This document shows, in pieces, positions 1 through 12,400 of a stretch of 64,000 nt of DNA (its first letter is position 1; every line of letters begins with the position of its first letter). The stretch covers positions 11,842,001-11,906,000 of the forward strand of contig CM119383.1 of NCBI GenBank assembly GCA_051294905.1, given 5' to 3'. This DNA is from Botryllus schlosseri. Taxonomy: Eukaryota. The notes beneath the pieces were generated by a model, which was given only the letters and a program-made list of their open reading frames with translations, made no database searches and was not told the origin of the DNA. Both the position numbers and the translations under genes were made by a program.

Positions 1-480
1 ACTTCGAAAAAGTAGAAGTACTTCGTTACTGACCACATCTGTAAATCAGGAGAGACATTCGCTTATGACATCACAAGAGGAATGTAATTTACCACCGGCG
101 TACAGTTGATATAAACATTGTACGATATTGCACATCCGGTCAACCTGTTATGAAGCATAAACCTGCGTATTTATTGTGATAGCTTGTATTGTAAATGTAA
201 CGTAGCATTACGGATCTGGTACATCCCAGTACACCATGTCCGAGTGGTATGCCCCGGTTGAAGAGCCCTGCTCTATTCAACCTAACGATTTAATCACTAT
301 GCCAATAAAATTTGGAAGAAGATTTTCTAAACACCACTGCATCTCGTAATGAATGTCAAACTTCGGCAATTGTCAATCAGCATCGCGCTCCCTGAATGCA
401 AAGCTATTGACGAAATGTTCCTGTATATGCCAATTGCCAGGCATATCGTTTACCATTGCGGCTTTTTCATCGTTGTACAG

Positions 481-3400
481 ATTTCACATCAACCTAAAAG
501 CAGGTCTGGAAGCCGACGCAGACATCGCTCTCCATTTCAATCCGAGATTTTCCCCAGAAAAGATCATCGTCAGGAATACTTATAGTAAAGGGCGATGGGG
601 TGTTGAAGAAAGGCGGATTTCGTCGTTTCCATTTAGCCTTGGGGAACACTTCGAGATGGTTATTTTGTGCCAGGAACATCAATTCAAGGTTTGTAAATAC
701 TACAGGTTTTCGACAATGTTATTGTTGCTGTAGAATTGAAGTAAGCCCTACACATCCACTAATTTGCGTTTTCGTTTCGCAGTCTATCAGTCATTGGATT
801 CATTTTCTCAGCACTGTGAATTTCTCAACGACCCACGTAAAAAAATAAACCGCATTGTCGTCAAATGTTTCCCACATGTAGAACTATCTCAAGTAGCACT
901 AATGTCGTCAATTTCTATTCAGTTCCAAGTAGAAGTAGTGATTCTCATCTCACGCTAAAACTGCTTCACCAACCAGCAAATGACGTACTCAAATAAGTAA
1001 TTTTAAAGAAGTAGATTGGGACGAGTATAGTCGCAGACTTTTTTGCATCGCCCAGTTGCCATTGGAATTTCTTCCGTGAAAGTGATGCTAAAATATCCAA
1101 ATACTACTTTCTACTTGACAAAATGTAAAACATAAAAGGTAAGCTTCAAACATTGTTGAAGTAAAAGTATAGTGTAGGCCCAAGTCATGTAGTTATACGA
1201 TAACCCGCATGAATACTTCAACTGTTTTATTGTCCCCCTCTGGTGATTTGGCATTCCTCAATTCAAGTCTTGTCACCGAAGTATAGGATTGATATATCCG
1301 ATTCTAAATCAATGTCTTGAATTCAGTTGACATCCGTATATACCATTCCTTAACAAACTCGGTTGGTGTACAAATTTCAAGTTCTTATTCAAACCAATGC
1401 CTGGCGCGATATTTCAGAGTGGTCCAATACCTGGCACGCGACTGGTAGTTACGAGGTGGCGAAGTCTTGTGACGTCAAAATTGTTCCCTATCGATGACGT
1501 CATCGTCGCACTAAAACGCACTTTACTACATGCCGCGTGCACGTACAGCGTTAAACCATTTGTGTGACGTTATAATACCGGCCCTGCCCTCATTGCCCTT
1601 ATTAAATGGAATCTTAAAACGGTACGACGGACCATCCGTCCGTCCGACGGAATGCATCGAACAAAAATCAGAATTTACGTCGCTGAGAATTTGGAGTTGC
1701 GTAAATGTTATTAACGCGCAATGAGCCGTGTGAGTAACGAAATACACCACGCACTCTGGCAAGTAGCACACGACAACTCTCGAATATGAGGTTTCAAGCA
1801 GACAATAATGATGATTACAAACGCGAAATCGCGCAGCCAATCAGCAATTGTCTCTTGCGGTTTCTGGCTTCGGGTTGAGTAGCTCGCATCGCGGCAATTG
1901 TTTGCAGATTAAAACAGCGATTTTGGCAGCACTATGGTGCATTTCCCGATTTACGTTCGCTAAGCATTTTTGGAGTACAGTGGTGTATATGCCGCAAATA
2001 GATATAGGAACAATATATAACGTCCTATTCGTATTTAATGTATCGACTATGGGCTAGAACAGAGATGGCCAACCTTTTTGCAATTCACGGCCGCATTCCT
2101 GGGCAGGGCATATTAGACGCCAAATATCCATATTAAACTGTCCTTGCCCATAACCGGTGAACTCCGGACTAATATACGTTTTCATATCGGCTTATTATAC
2201 GCACCAAAATCGACGACCGCCAGTACATACTAATTGAATTACGTGTTGACGGCCGCGCAAATTTCATTTCCACGACAGCAGGTTGGCCACCCCTGGGCTA
2301 CAATTAATTCCAGTTCCATCCACATGCCGCGATTTTATCAATAGAAATCGACTGTCCGCCAAATGATCAATAGTTTAAAATTCGATATTGTTGTTCTCGA
2401 AACGAGTACGTCCAGCAATCAAGTTTATCGGAATATAGAAGGTTCCCTGTTCAAACGAATCGAATAAATTCAGAGTTTGTGCCACCCAGAATCTCGTGAT
2501 GCATCAATATCTGACAATTGCATGGCATACTGCACGTTAATAACGAAAATAACACTTTGAAAATGACATTGTGGGACAATTCCAGAGTACGAATGTATCG
2601 AGCAGACAACAAGAAATATAGATGACGTCAAACGAGAAGCGTGTATTCTAATCAGTATCGCCATGAATGGGTTTTGAGTCTGACTCCGTATTAGTAGCTT
2701 TCGTCTCGACAATCGTTATCTCATTATATCGGTGTTTAAGCTGTATTGCTGCATTTCCCGAGTAATGTTACTGGCAAAGCCTTGTTAGAGAAACAAATAT
2801 GCGTAGTACTGAATTCCAATTTGCAGGTACTCACCAACACACCTTCCAATTTCGCGCTCCTAGTACCAAGACTATCACGAAGCTAGCTAGCTCAATAATG
2901 GTTTTGTAAACGAATATGGACGCACATAATTTTGATTTTAGAAAAGCAGAACGTCTATTTGAACGCGTGGTCGGGAGAGGAGATCTATGATGGTGCCGAG
3001 CGAGATAGTGTAATGGTTATGCGTCCGGCTTCTCGAGCGGTAGGTCGTGGGTTCGATCCCCGGCCGGGTCATACCAAAGACTCGAAAAATGGTATCCGCA
3101 GCTATCCTGCTAGGCGCTCAGCAATCACGGATAGCATGGAGGAGAAAAAAAAACGGGGGCGCAGACTAGATGACCTCATGGGGCCGTATCGCAACTCCGT
3201 CGCCAAAGCATCTCGATGGTGCAGGCGAGAAAGAATATCATATCTCTCTCTCTCTCTCTTCTCAGCACACCCTAGGCGCGTAGCCAGTCGAAAAATGAGC
3301 GGGATATGGATTTTTTTTCAAATTTACCAATATCGCAGCAATTCAATTCGGGTTAAGTACAAGTGTAAATGACGATCATATAATCTCTTCATGTTGACGA

Positions 3401-6400
3401 TTTTAGGCGTATGATAAGCTTGCTAAAGAGTCCGGAAGTGCTGTCAATTAGCGAGTACCTGATCTCTGGTGAACAATTAAATACGAGCGCGTATTCCGCA
3501 TCCTCGGCGACAGTTTTCCCAAATCAAAATGTTCGAACCTGATGGCACCGATTTCGAATGGTTCAGACCAGACATGGGGTGATTACTTCACGAATGTAAT
3601 CGATTGCGATTACTTGTGAATCCCGCGATTACGATTACGATTACAGCAAAATCAGGAAGTAGTCGATTACGATTACATTTCAAAAGTAATCGCGATTACT
3701 CACGATTACATTTGTTTTGCTTCTTAGAACTAATATATTGGAGATATTGGAAGACAATATAAGACTTGCGATGAAAATAAGGTCTATTGAGATAACAACT
3801 TTCTTTATAAATCATACGTCATTTGCTTGCTACGTCATAATGCACCCATTGCCCAACTCTATACAGGACCATTCGCCGCACCCAACAATTTGCATTCTTG
3901 CCAGGTCCGTAACTGCCACACCCCAAACTCCCCAATAGGACCGGGAGCGAGCTCTAAGGGGACTCAAAAGTAATTCGTAAATCAACATAAATTATAATAG
4001 AGTATTTTCATGAGAGTTAATTAACTTGAAAATTTTCTTCGAGCTTCGGGATTTAATGTCTTCTAAATCAATACTAGCCAGTTTTCAGGATTACCGGACC
4101 ACGACCTAACATCGACCTCGCCCTCCGCCACATGCCACCCCATTTTGTCGCTTGCATCTTATATTCTCTGCATTACTTTTCATTCAGTGTGCATGCCTCT
4201 TATTTACTTCGCCTAGGCTAAGGTGAGTGTCTGATCTTAATGGCTACTCCAAGTTGTTTCGACACCTTCCTATCTTTTCATTGTATCGCAGTCTTGTGAT
4301 GTTTTGAAACGATGAAAATATTAATAAACCTGACTGACTGACTGTCTCTAAATAGCTTGATTTTGAAATGCATACCTCTCCCCCTCAAGAAAAAAAGAAT
4401 GCATAATTTATAGGAATATGCATTTCGGTGGCCGTCATTACCCCGCCACGACAAGCTAAAAGACGTCTGCAATTTCGGCCAACATGCCACTCCACAAAGT
4501 GTGCTACCAAAGAATGACCTTAGCTCAAACTTTGGGTATGTGTCCATTGTCAGTAGCCGCGCTCTGTGGGCGTGACGAATAATCCAGTCCCTCCAATCTT
4601 AGCCCCAACAATGCAACTGCTATAGCAGGGGCACTCACAGAAGAATGAAGACATGACAATTTGTGTGTGCGTCTCACGAAAATTCTCTTTTAGTCTGCTA
4701 CGTTTGGGCGACTACAGTATCTTTTGATTATATAAAAGGCGGGAGGTCACGAATTAACAACATACTATAAAGTAATTATAACAACATACCAGATGCTATA
4801 ATTATGAATTACGTGCCCCCAGCTCTACCGGTAAATCTGAATGAATAACAATATAATGCAATTACCAATATTATGACGAAATTCACAACTTGAACTGACC
4901 ACCATGGGGCCCCAATACCCAGGGTTGTAATGACTCGAGTCGCGATTTTGTATTGACTCGACTTTAGCTCGAGTCATTTTGCATGACTCGAACCAAGCCA
5001 TATGACTCGATACTAGAACGGCCAAGACAGACATTCCATGTAACTTCGAAGAATAGTAAAGTTACCACATTATCTGTCTTTCGTCTATCATCATGCAGTC
5101 CTGGTACATGGAAATAGGGTCGTAAACTGTGAAAACTGATAAAAATTACTATATTATGAATACGATCTATTCTATGTCACTCGAGCAGAGTTGAAAAAAT
5201 TGGGTTGAACCAGATTGATCTGAAAACTGATCTTTGAACATAAAGACTTGGACTCGTAGTCGAGTCAAACACTATGACTTGGACTCGACCCTAGCTGACT
5301 TGGACTCGGACTTGACTCGGGGTGAATTGAAAATGACTTGACCTGACTCGAGTCAAAACTATAAGAGTGATATTGACTTGTGACTCGTAACATTGTGACA
5401 TGGTTACAACCCTACCAATACCAACGTTTGGAGTGGGGGACGAATTGCTGTTTTGGTCCTGATTGTACCTACAACCCACGCTAACATGGTGTATAAGCGA
5501 ATGGCTATGGCGACAGGTATAAATGTCGAGTGAAGAATTGTGAAATAACGATTGGCGCCCGTTTCAAGTAGAGTCATATGAGAATAAGGTAAAGTGAACC
5601 TAAAATTCTACCTTCCACTTAATACAGTCACTGCAAGGTGCCGTTACGAGAAACGGCAAAGAACGGCTCGGTTATGATATATATAAGCAGCTGTTGATTT
5701 TAGCCATCGTAATGTTTTATTTGACGAGTACAATATTTCAAATCTTCGTCCGGTGTACGTACAATACATACGTATGTAACAGTTATTTTAGACGATTGGA
5801 GTCGATTGTAGACTGCTACATTATTGTAAGGCTGCTCAGCGGTCTTGATGCACATCTTCCCAATTGCCGTGATATTTTGTTGGCAGTCGACATGATAACT
5901 TCACAATATTATCAAAGGTATTCAAATCTTGAACCCGATTCAAGTGTAGTGGAACGAGATAACACTCTTTCATCTTGTTCGCAAGGTCATTTAATGCACC
6001 AGCATCATCATATTTAATAGGAGGTGCTCTGATTAATTCATCAAGAAATTTTCGTGAAATAACAATCGGGTTACCATATTGTTCGTCCAAAATTTCCATC
6101 GCTTTAGCGTAGCCTTCAGTTAGTGGGTACATGGAACAATGCTGAATCAATTCTTTTGGTTTTCCGTCACAGTATTGTTGCAACAATGCTAGACGTTTTC
6201 CATTGTCAAATATCTTCTCTACAACATTTACTTGAAATGACTCTCTGAACTGCGCATATTGGGTGATGGAACCACTGAATTTCATAATTTCAATTTTTGG
6301 AACATTCATAGCAGAGGCTATTGCATTTGCCAAGTCAGTAGCAAAACATGTATTATTTACTGACATTGAAACTTGTGGTTGTACTGCAGGAGCAGATAGA

Positions 6401-9400
6401 ATAGGGATATCGTATTCTTTCGAGGCACATGCTTTGGACGGTGAACTGTTCATGATATAACTTCCAACTTCATGGTCCTCCTTTTGAGGAATTAAGCTCA
6501 TAGGATCGATTGGTGGAATGTCACTACTCATTGGAATGAAGGAATGTTTGATGTTACCTTCAGCTGTACTCTTGGATTTCGCAGTGGTATTCATCGGCAT
6601 CGACACTCCCCTAGTTTCTCTACTAATATATTCTTCATCAGCGTTTTCCCATATCTCTGCCTGCAAACATGCTGCTTCATATTTGTGTTGTAATTCCACA
6701 GCCCTTTGTTCGGCTTCTAATTCTCTTTGCTTGGTTTCTAATTCTCTTCGCCTGGTTTCTAGTTCAACCTTTTTTCGTAATTGGGATAATTCCAATTTTG
6801 CAAGTTCTCTCAAGGCAATAGCTTCTATCCGTCTTGTTGCAGTAGATGAATAACATAGTGATGAAAGACTAGATCCGTGTGATCTGTCAGATCTTTTGAT
6901 ATTAGTTGATCTCTTACACCATTCCTGAACGTCATCCTTCATATCTCCATACATCCAATCATTGATATGTAATTTGGCTTCTTGAAATGCCTTGACTTCA
7001 TTTTCATACTCAAGTTTGATCTTCACTGTCTGATCTCCATCTTCATGGAGAAGACTGACACGAATGTTCTTTGTACATGAATACTCATCAAAGACTTTGT
7101 CAATTAATCTTGATTTCGATATCACCAAGCTTCTATTTTCTTTATTAAGCATGAGATACTCCACTTCTAAATATAGCTGCTGTAGGTTCTTGACCATCAT
7201 TTGCAGCTTCATGATATCTGCATTGACATCTTGAGTCATCATGTGTTCTTGTTGCAAATTCATTGCACTTGTATTGGCAGCATGTGCCATCATGGGTTCT
7301 TTTTGCAAATTCATTGCACTTGTATTGGCAGCATGTGCCATCATGGTTTCTTGTTGCAAATTCATTGCACTTGTATTGGCAGCATGTGCCATCATGGGTT
7401 CTTGTTGCAAATTCATTGCACTTGTATTGGCAGCATGTGCCATCATGAGTTCTTGTTGCAAATTCATTGCACTTGCATTGACATCATGTGCCATCATGGG
7501 TTGTTGTTGCAAATTCATTGCACTTATATTGGCAGCATGTGTCATCATGTATTCTTCTTGGTCGAAAGTTGTTATTGTTAACTTTAATGTAACAGTTATT
7601 TTAGACGATTGGAGTCGATTGTAGACTGCTACATTATTGTAAGGCTGCTCAGTGGTCTTGATGCTAACACGTCCCTCTTGGCATCTTTATATCAGTCATT
7701 AAACGGTTTATGATATTTATTGGAAACGGTTAACAATAATTTAACTCGCTCTAAACGAAAAGAATATAAACAAATTAAAACACGATCCTTCGGGAACCAC
7801 ACATTTCCTGGGCCCCGACACCGAAAACATGTGCGGGGAAAACCCCGGCACGTGACTGCAGTTATTCACCCGTTACAACGTATACTACATAGATAGGCCT
7901 ACTGCTCGCCAAGCAGCAACGGTCAAACTGCGTTTAAATAAGCATAACCAAACATCAATACATAAGTTACTATTAGAAACTAGGCAGAGTGGTGATTATT
8001 ATCTTGCTGCGAGGTAGTGGCGTCTGGGGCGTATTGATAACCTGATATACGTCATGGCTTTTACACTGTTCTAACCATAGTGTCCTATATGGTGTCGACA
8101 CAGGCAAATCTCACGCCTCAGTGAAATTGTATCACGTCACAATTTCCATTTGGCTACAGGCAATTTGACGGTCATTTTTGACCGGCTTGCCGAGCATTAA
8201 ATTTGGTAAAACAGGTATCAATCGAAAGCTGACTCTGCACTGATTACGAAAATATAAATTTTATTCCGCTCGTGGTACTGGAACTCCCACAATCAGCCTC
8301 GAATTTTTGATTGTTATGGAGAGTGGCATTGGGACGCAACAATGCTGTCTGGCGAAACGAGAGAGTAGCTCAAGAGAAAAAGAGCCAGACAGCATTGTTC
8401 AGCATTGTTGCGTCCCAATGCCAATCTCCATAACAATCAAAAATTCGAGGCTGATTGTGGGAGTTCCAGGGCCACGAGCGGAATAAAATTTATATTTTCG
8501 TAATCAGTACAGAGTCAGCTTTCGATTGATACCCGTTTTACCAAATTTAATGCTCGGCAAGCCGGTCAAAAATGACCGTCAAATTGCCTGTAGCCAAATG
8601 GAAATTTTGACGTGATACAATTTCACTGAGACGTGAGATTTGCCTGTGTCGACACCATATAGGACACTATGGTTCTAACAATCACACAACAATGTCCATC
8701 GAATATATATTTACTACGTGTGGATACTTTATACGCAAGGACGAGCAAAGCTAATACTTCTGACGTAATAATAAGCAGTGGTGCTTGATAATCAACCGTT
8801 TGCGCTATCAATAACCTGGTAGAATATCTCTTCCTTGTTCACGAATGTTCGGTTATGTCATATTCATTGTACAAATAAAAAGTAATCGTTCTTTCACAAA
8901 GAAATCGATTACATATGTGAAGTAGTCGATTACGATTACGATTACTTTGGATTTTTTTCGAATGTAATCGATTGCGATTACGATTACTCGAAAATGCTGT
9001 AATCGTCGTAATCGATTACGATTACTAATCGCGATTACCCCATGTCTGGTTCAGACGTTTTACCTCTTTTAGAAGTCAAGCCATGATACACTTCTTCTGA
9101 TCGTTACGTTCAAGTATTAGCGGAAATCAATTACGCACGTTACAGTCTGTTTTCAGCGATTCGATGTTATTTAGTTTGGCGATGTCGCTCTTTAATCAAT
9201 ATGACAATCAGTGTAAACTCGACCGCATTGTCTTCAAACCAGCGAGAGATACGAGATCGAGACGCGATAGTTAGGCCAGTAATGATATATTTCGCACCAG
9301 GCCTATTAGCAGGGTTGCCATCGCCATGGACCCAAAAATAAGGACAGTCGAAAAATAAGATTAGCATTAATAGCGGTTTTGTACATACTTAGTATTTATA

Positions 9401-12400
9401 CGAGCTGTGGCATATCGCATTCCATACTTTTCGCAAGAAACAACCTGCTTTTGCAACTCCTTGTTAATAGAAAGTGCTTCATGGATCTCACGACAGCTGT
9501 GGTCTAAGTTTACCTTTACTCAGGGCCGAAACAGCACTTCGTTAGCCCCCCACAAAACACGTTGGTCTGGGGCCCTCATAGGGTGATAAACCGAACTTCT
9601 TCACCTCGTTTTGATTAGAGGCGTCAACCTAAATGGAAAATGGCTGTACATCAAGTTTAGGCAAAATCATTTTTTGAGCGTATGGAGCAAAAACTCCAGT
9701 AACAAACTCATTTGCGATGTTGGAATCGGGGATTATTGCTTTGAACAATTGCGATGTGCAATCGTTGTAGAGAAATGATTGCTGGTGTTTGACAGTATGG
9801 AATGCCCAGACATCCTCAGCAGCAGCTGCCTTGTAGCCTGTGGTCGTCGGTGCTGATCGACTTGTGAAAAATAATGCATCGACTGGCTCGAATTAATCAT
9901 TATGACACACGTCTTGTGTTTTGGGGTATCAATGCTAGTTGAAATAGCGATCTTTCCTACGGCCTCCAGGTTAATGTCACAATTGCAGATATTGCTATGT
10001 GCGAAACACTCGCCCTTCAAGCCTCATTTGATAGCTATGAATTCTCTCTCACAATCGTCACGAAAAACATTTTTACGGCTGCTCATTTTAACTAATGAGA
10101 TTTAGCCTTATTAGTAGTTAAAACTATATGTGCAATATAATTTAGATAAATTTATCAGTGATATATAACTTTACTACTTTTTAACCCACGTGTCGACTGC
10201 ACTGCGCCCTTTTCCAGTACGCTATAAATGCTGCCTTCCCACAGCTTATTCTGCTGTAGACTAGACAGCAGAAACCTAGTGTTGCTGTTTACTGCTAAAA
10301 TGACGTCCGCTGCGATAGCTTGGAACAGCCGAAACTGCTATACCGCCCACTGCCACAGCTATCTCATCACTTAGAAGTCAAATCCTGCGGTGTGTACGCC
10401 ACGGGAGTTCCTTTCATTTATGATGTCATAAAATCTCGACGCAAAAGCATAATTTTAGAATATTATGCAACACAGATACCAGAGCAATACGATCGAAGTT
10501 CTGCAGTTGTTGAAAGTAAGACAAAATAAGGACGCAAGTCGAAAAGAAGGACAATTCTTAGAAATAAGGACGGTTGAGTTTTCTAAGACGAGACCCTTAA
10601 AAATAAGGAGAAATCTTAGAAATAAGGACGGTATGGCAACCCTGCCTATTAGAGATGCTATCGTGTAGGCCAGCGATGATATCGTGCACAACAGGCAGAA
10701 GCCGCCAATGAAGATGCGATTGTGCAGTGCATGTTCAGTGTTCAGTCAAGCGATGATATCGTGTGAACTGGGCCTATTGCAAATGCGATTGTTAATAATG
10801 TTCAAGCCTGCGGAATCAGGCCTGTTCGAGATGCGATAAATCAGGCTAGCGACGATTGCCACGCGCACGGGAATGACTGACCTAATTTCGTGACCATCTC
10901 AGCGGGATATCATCATACGCGCGCTAATTGGCACACGCGCGTATCGAAAACGAAGACGTCTCCAACGAGGTCGCGTCGATTCGCCTGATTACTAATTACT
11001 GGTCAGTGGTCACAAATCACTTGAGCATTTGAGCATTTCGTACGAGGTGGCCGCCACCTCGTAAATATTGTGACGCGTAAGTCGGCGCCTTTCCACTCTT
11101 GCCGCGTAAGTCGGCGCCTTATTTCCACTCTTGGCGAATCACGACAAATTCGGTAATTCATCAACGCTTGTTAACTTATTCCTATCGGTACTCATGGAAT
11201 CAAGTTTCCAATCTATCTGTGTGATTTTATAAAGCAATGTTGGCTAATATACGAATTCGAGTGCCACTGTGGTGTAGGTATTGGTAATAGCTAATAGGTA
11301 TATGCGGGGAGAATTAGGCTACCCAACGGTTACAGGACCGTATCTAAAACAGCATATTCCTCCCTCAAGCGAGATAGTGTAATGGTGATGCTCCCGGCTT
11401 CTCGATCGGCAGGTTGTGGGTTCGATCCGCGGGGACGGGTCGTATCAAAGACTCGTAAATTGGTATCCGCTGCTATCCTGCTAGGCGAATAGCAACCACA
11501 GATAGCGTGGAGGAGGAAAATGGGGGTACAGACTAGGTGACCTTACGGTCCTATCGCATCTCCGTCGTCAAATCATCTCAATGGTGCAGGCGAAAAAGAA
11601 TATCATCTCTCCCTCTCTCTCTCTCTCTCTCTCTCATATATTTCGAAGTTCCAGCAAAGTGATCCGTAAGTTTTCGAATACAATCGAGCCATAGCTCAAA
11701 ATTATTCTAGCACTGGCTTGATAACCCGATATAGTATAGGCCCTCTCTCTACCAAATTGGTCGCAATTCGTTTGTGTATTCACGATTCCAACAATTCGTC
11801 AATCAAGTCTATGCCAAGAGAAAGCATTTGTGTATCATTTGAATATCGCATATCAATACTTGTTCTCCCGCCCGCCATGCTCATAGTTTTGGACCACCCT
11901 GAGATACTTGGACGCACGTATGATGAGCGTGAGCTAATTGTACCGATCATTATCGTGAGTAAAGGTTACTGTGAACGGATGCCATGTACTGGAGTATGAA
12001 CATCGGATACCTGTTCGATCGGTGAAGTATCTGATAGTTGAAGACGCTGTCGTTTTGACGACGGTGCGCAGAAGTGTGGAATTTCCATCGAAGGTATTCT
12101 ATTTCCCATTAGACCAGTGGTTCCCAACCTGTGGTACGCGTACTGGTGGTACGCACTGGTGGTACGCGAAGGTCTTCCAGGTGGTACGCGAGTAGATTAT
12201 GTTTTTTTTTCGACCGAGGGAAGTTATTAGTTCAGGTGGGGTTGATTTTGAATTTTTTGAAGTTTTTTGACTAGTGGTGAAAAACAATTCCATGCATCTC
12301 ATCAACCCGGGCTGATAGTGCCTATAGTTTAATAGAATTTGTTATTGCTAGGACGATTTTCTTTTACAAAATTGAAGCCTTAAGTCAAAAAATAGTCAAA

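Larger units (their letters stand above)
5775..7877 (-). mobile_element. Internally deleted Bel/Pao LTR retrotransposon: complete 5' LTR 7588-7877, 80-bp remnant of the 3' LTR at 5775-5854, 5-bp TSD ACGTA
   Basis: Termini TGTAAC...GTTACA. ACGTA at 5770-5774 and 7878-7882. 5775-5850 and 7588-7663 differ at one base. AATAAA lies in the LTR on the minus strand. The gag ORF lies between the LTRs and there is no pol. Confidence 0.88.
3569..9048. mobile_element. Non-autonomous hAT-type element (native size about 2 kb) expanded by three nested insertions
   Basis: TIRs CAGACATGGGG..ATTAC / GTAAT..CCCCATGTCTG with subterminal GATTAC repeats. Perfect 8-bp TSD GTTCAGAC at 3561-3568 and 9049-9056. Colinear with 38758-40761. 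Confidence 0.9.

Noticed and set aside
764-958. ORF with HCEF..KKINRIVV..VELSQV, superficially like the last exon of the galectin N-CRD
   Set aside because: It has no convincing in-frame acceptor or donor and runs into a dispersed repeat. Exon 11965-12093 (VTVNGCHVLEYEHR) matches paralog B far better.
1470-1505. CRE-like TGACGTCA palindromes (also near 2624, 16042, 60540 and 60562)
   Set aside because: Several lie in repeat-derived DNA or far from any start site, and there is no independent support for function.
2995-3070. tRNA-like sequences (also at 11367 and 33949)
   Set aside because: They have A/B boxes but no complete cloverleaf, continue into shared non-tRNA bodies and are multicopy. 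They are SINE heads, not tRNA genes.
7201-7624. Cys/His-rich plus-strand ORFs (metallothionein-like appearance)
   Set aside because: These are antisense and alternate-frame read-outs of the 51-bp repeat in the gag ORF.
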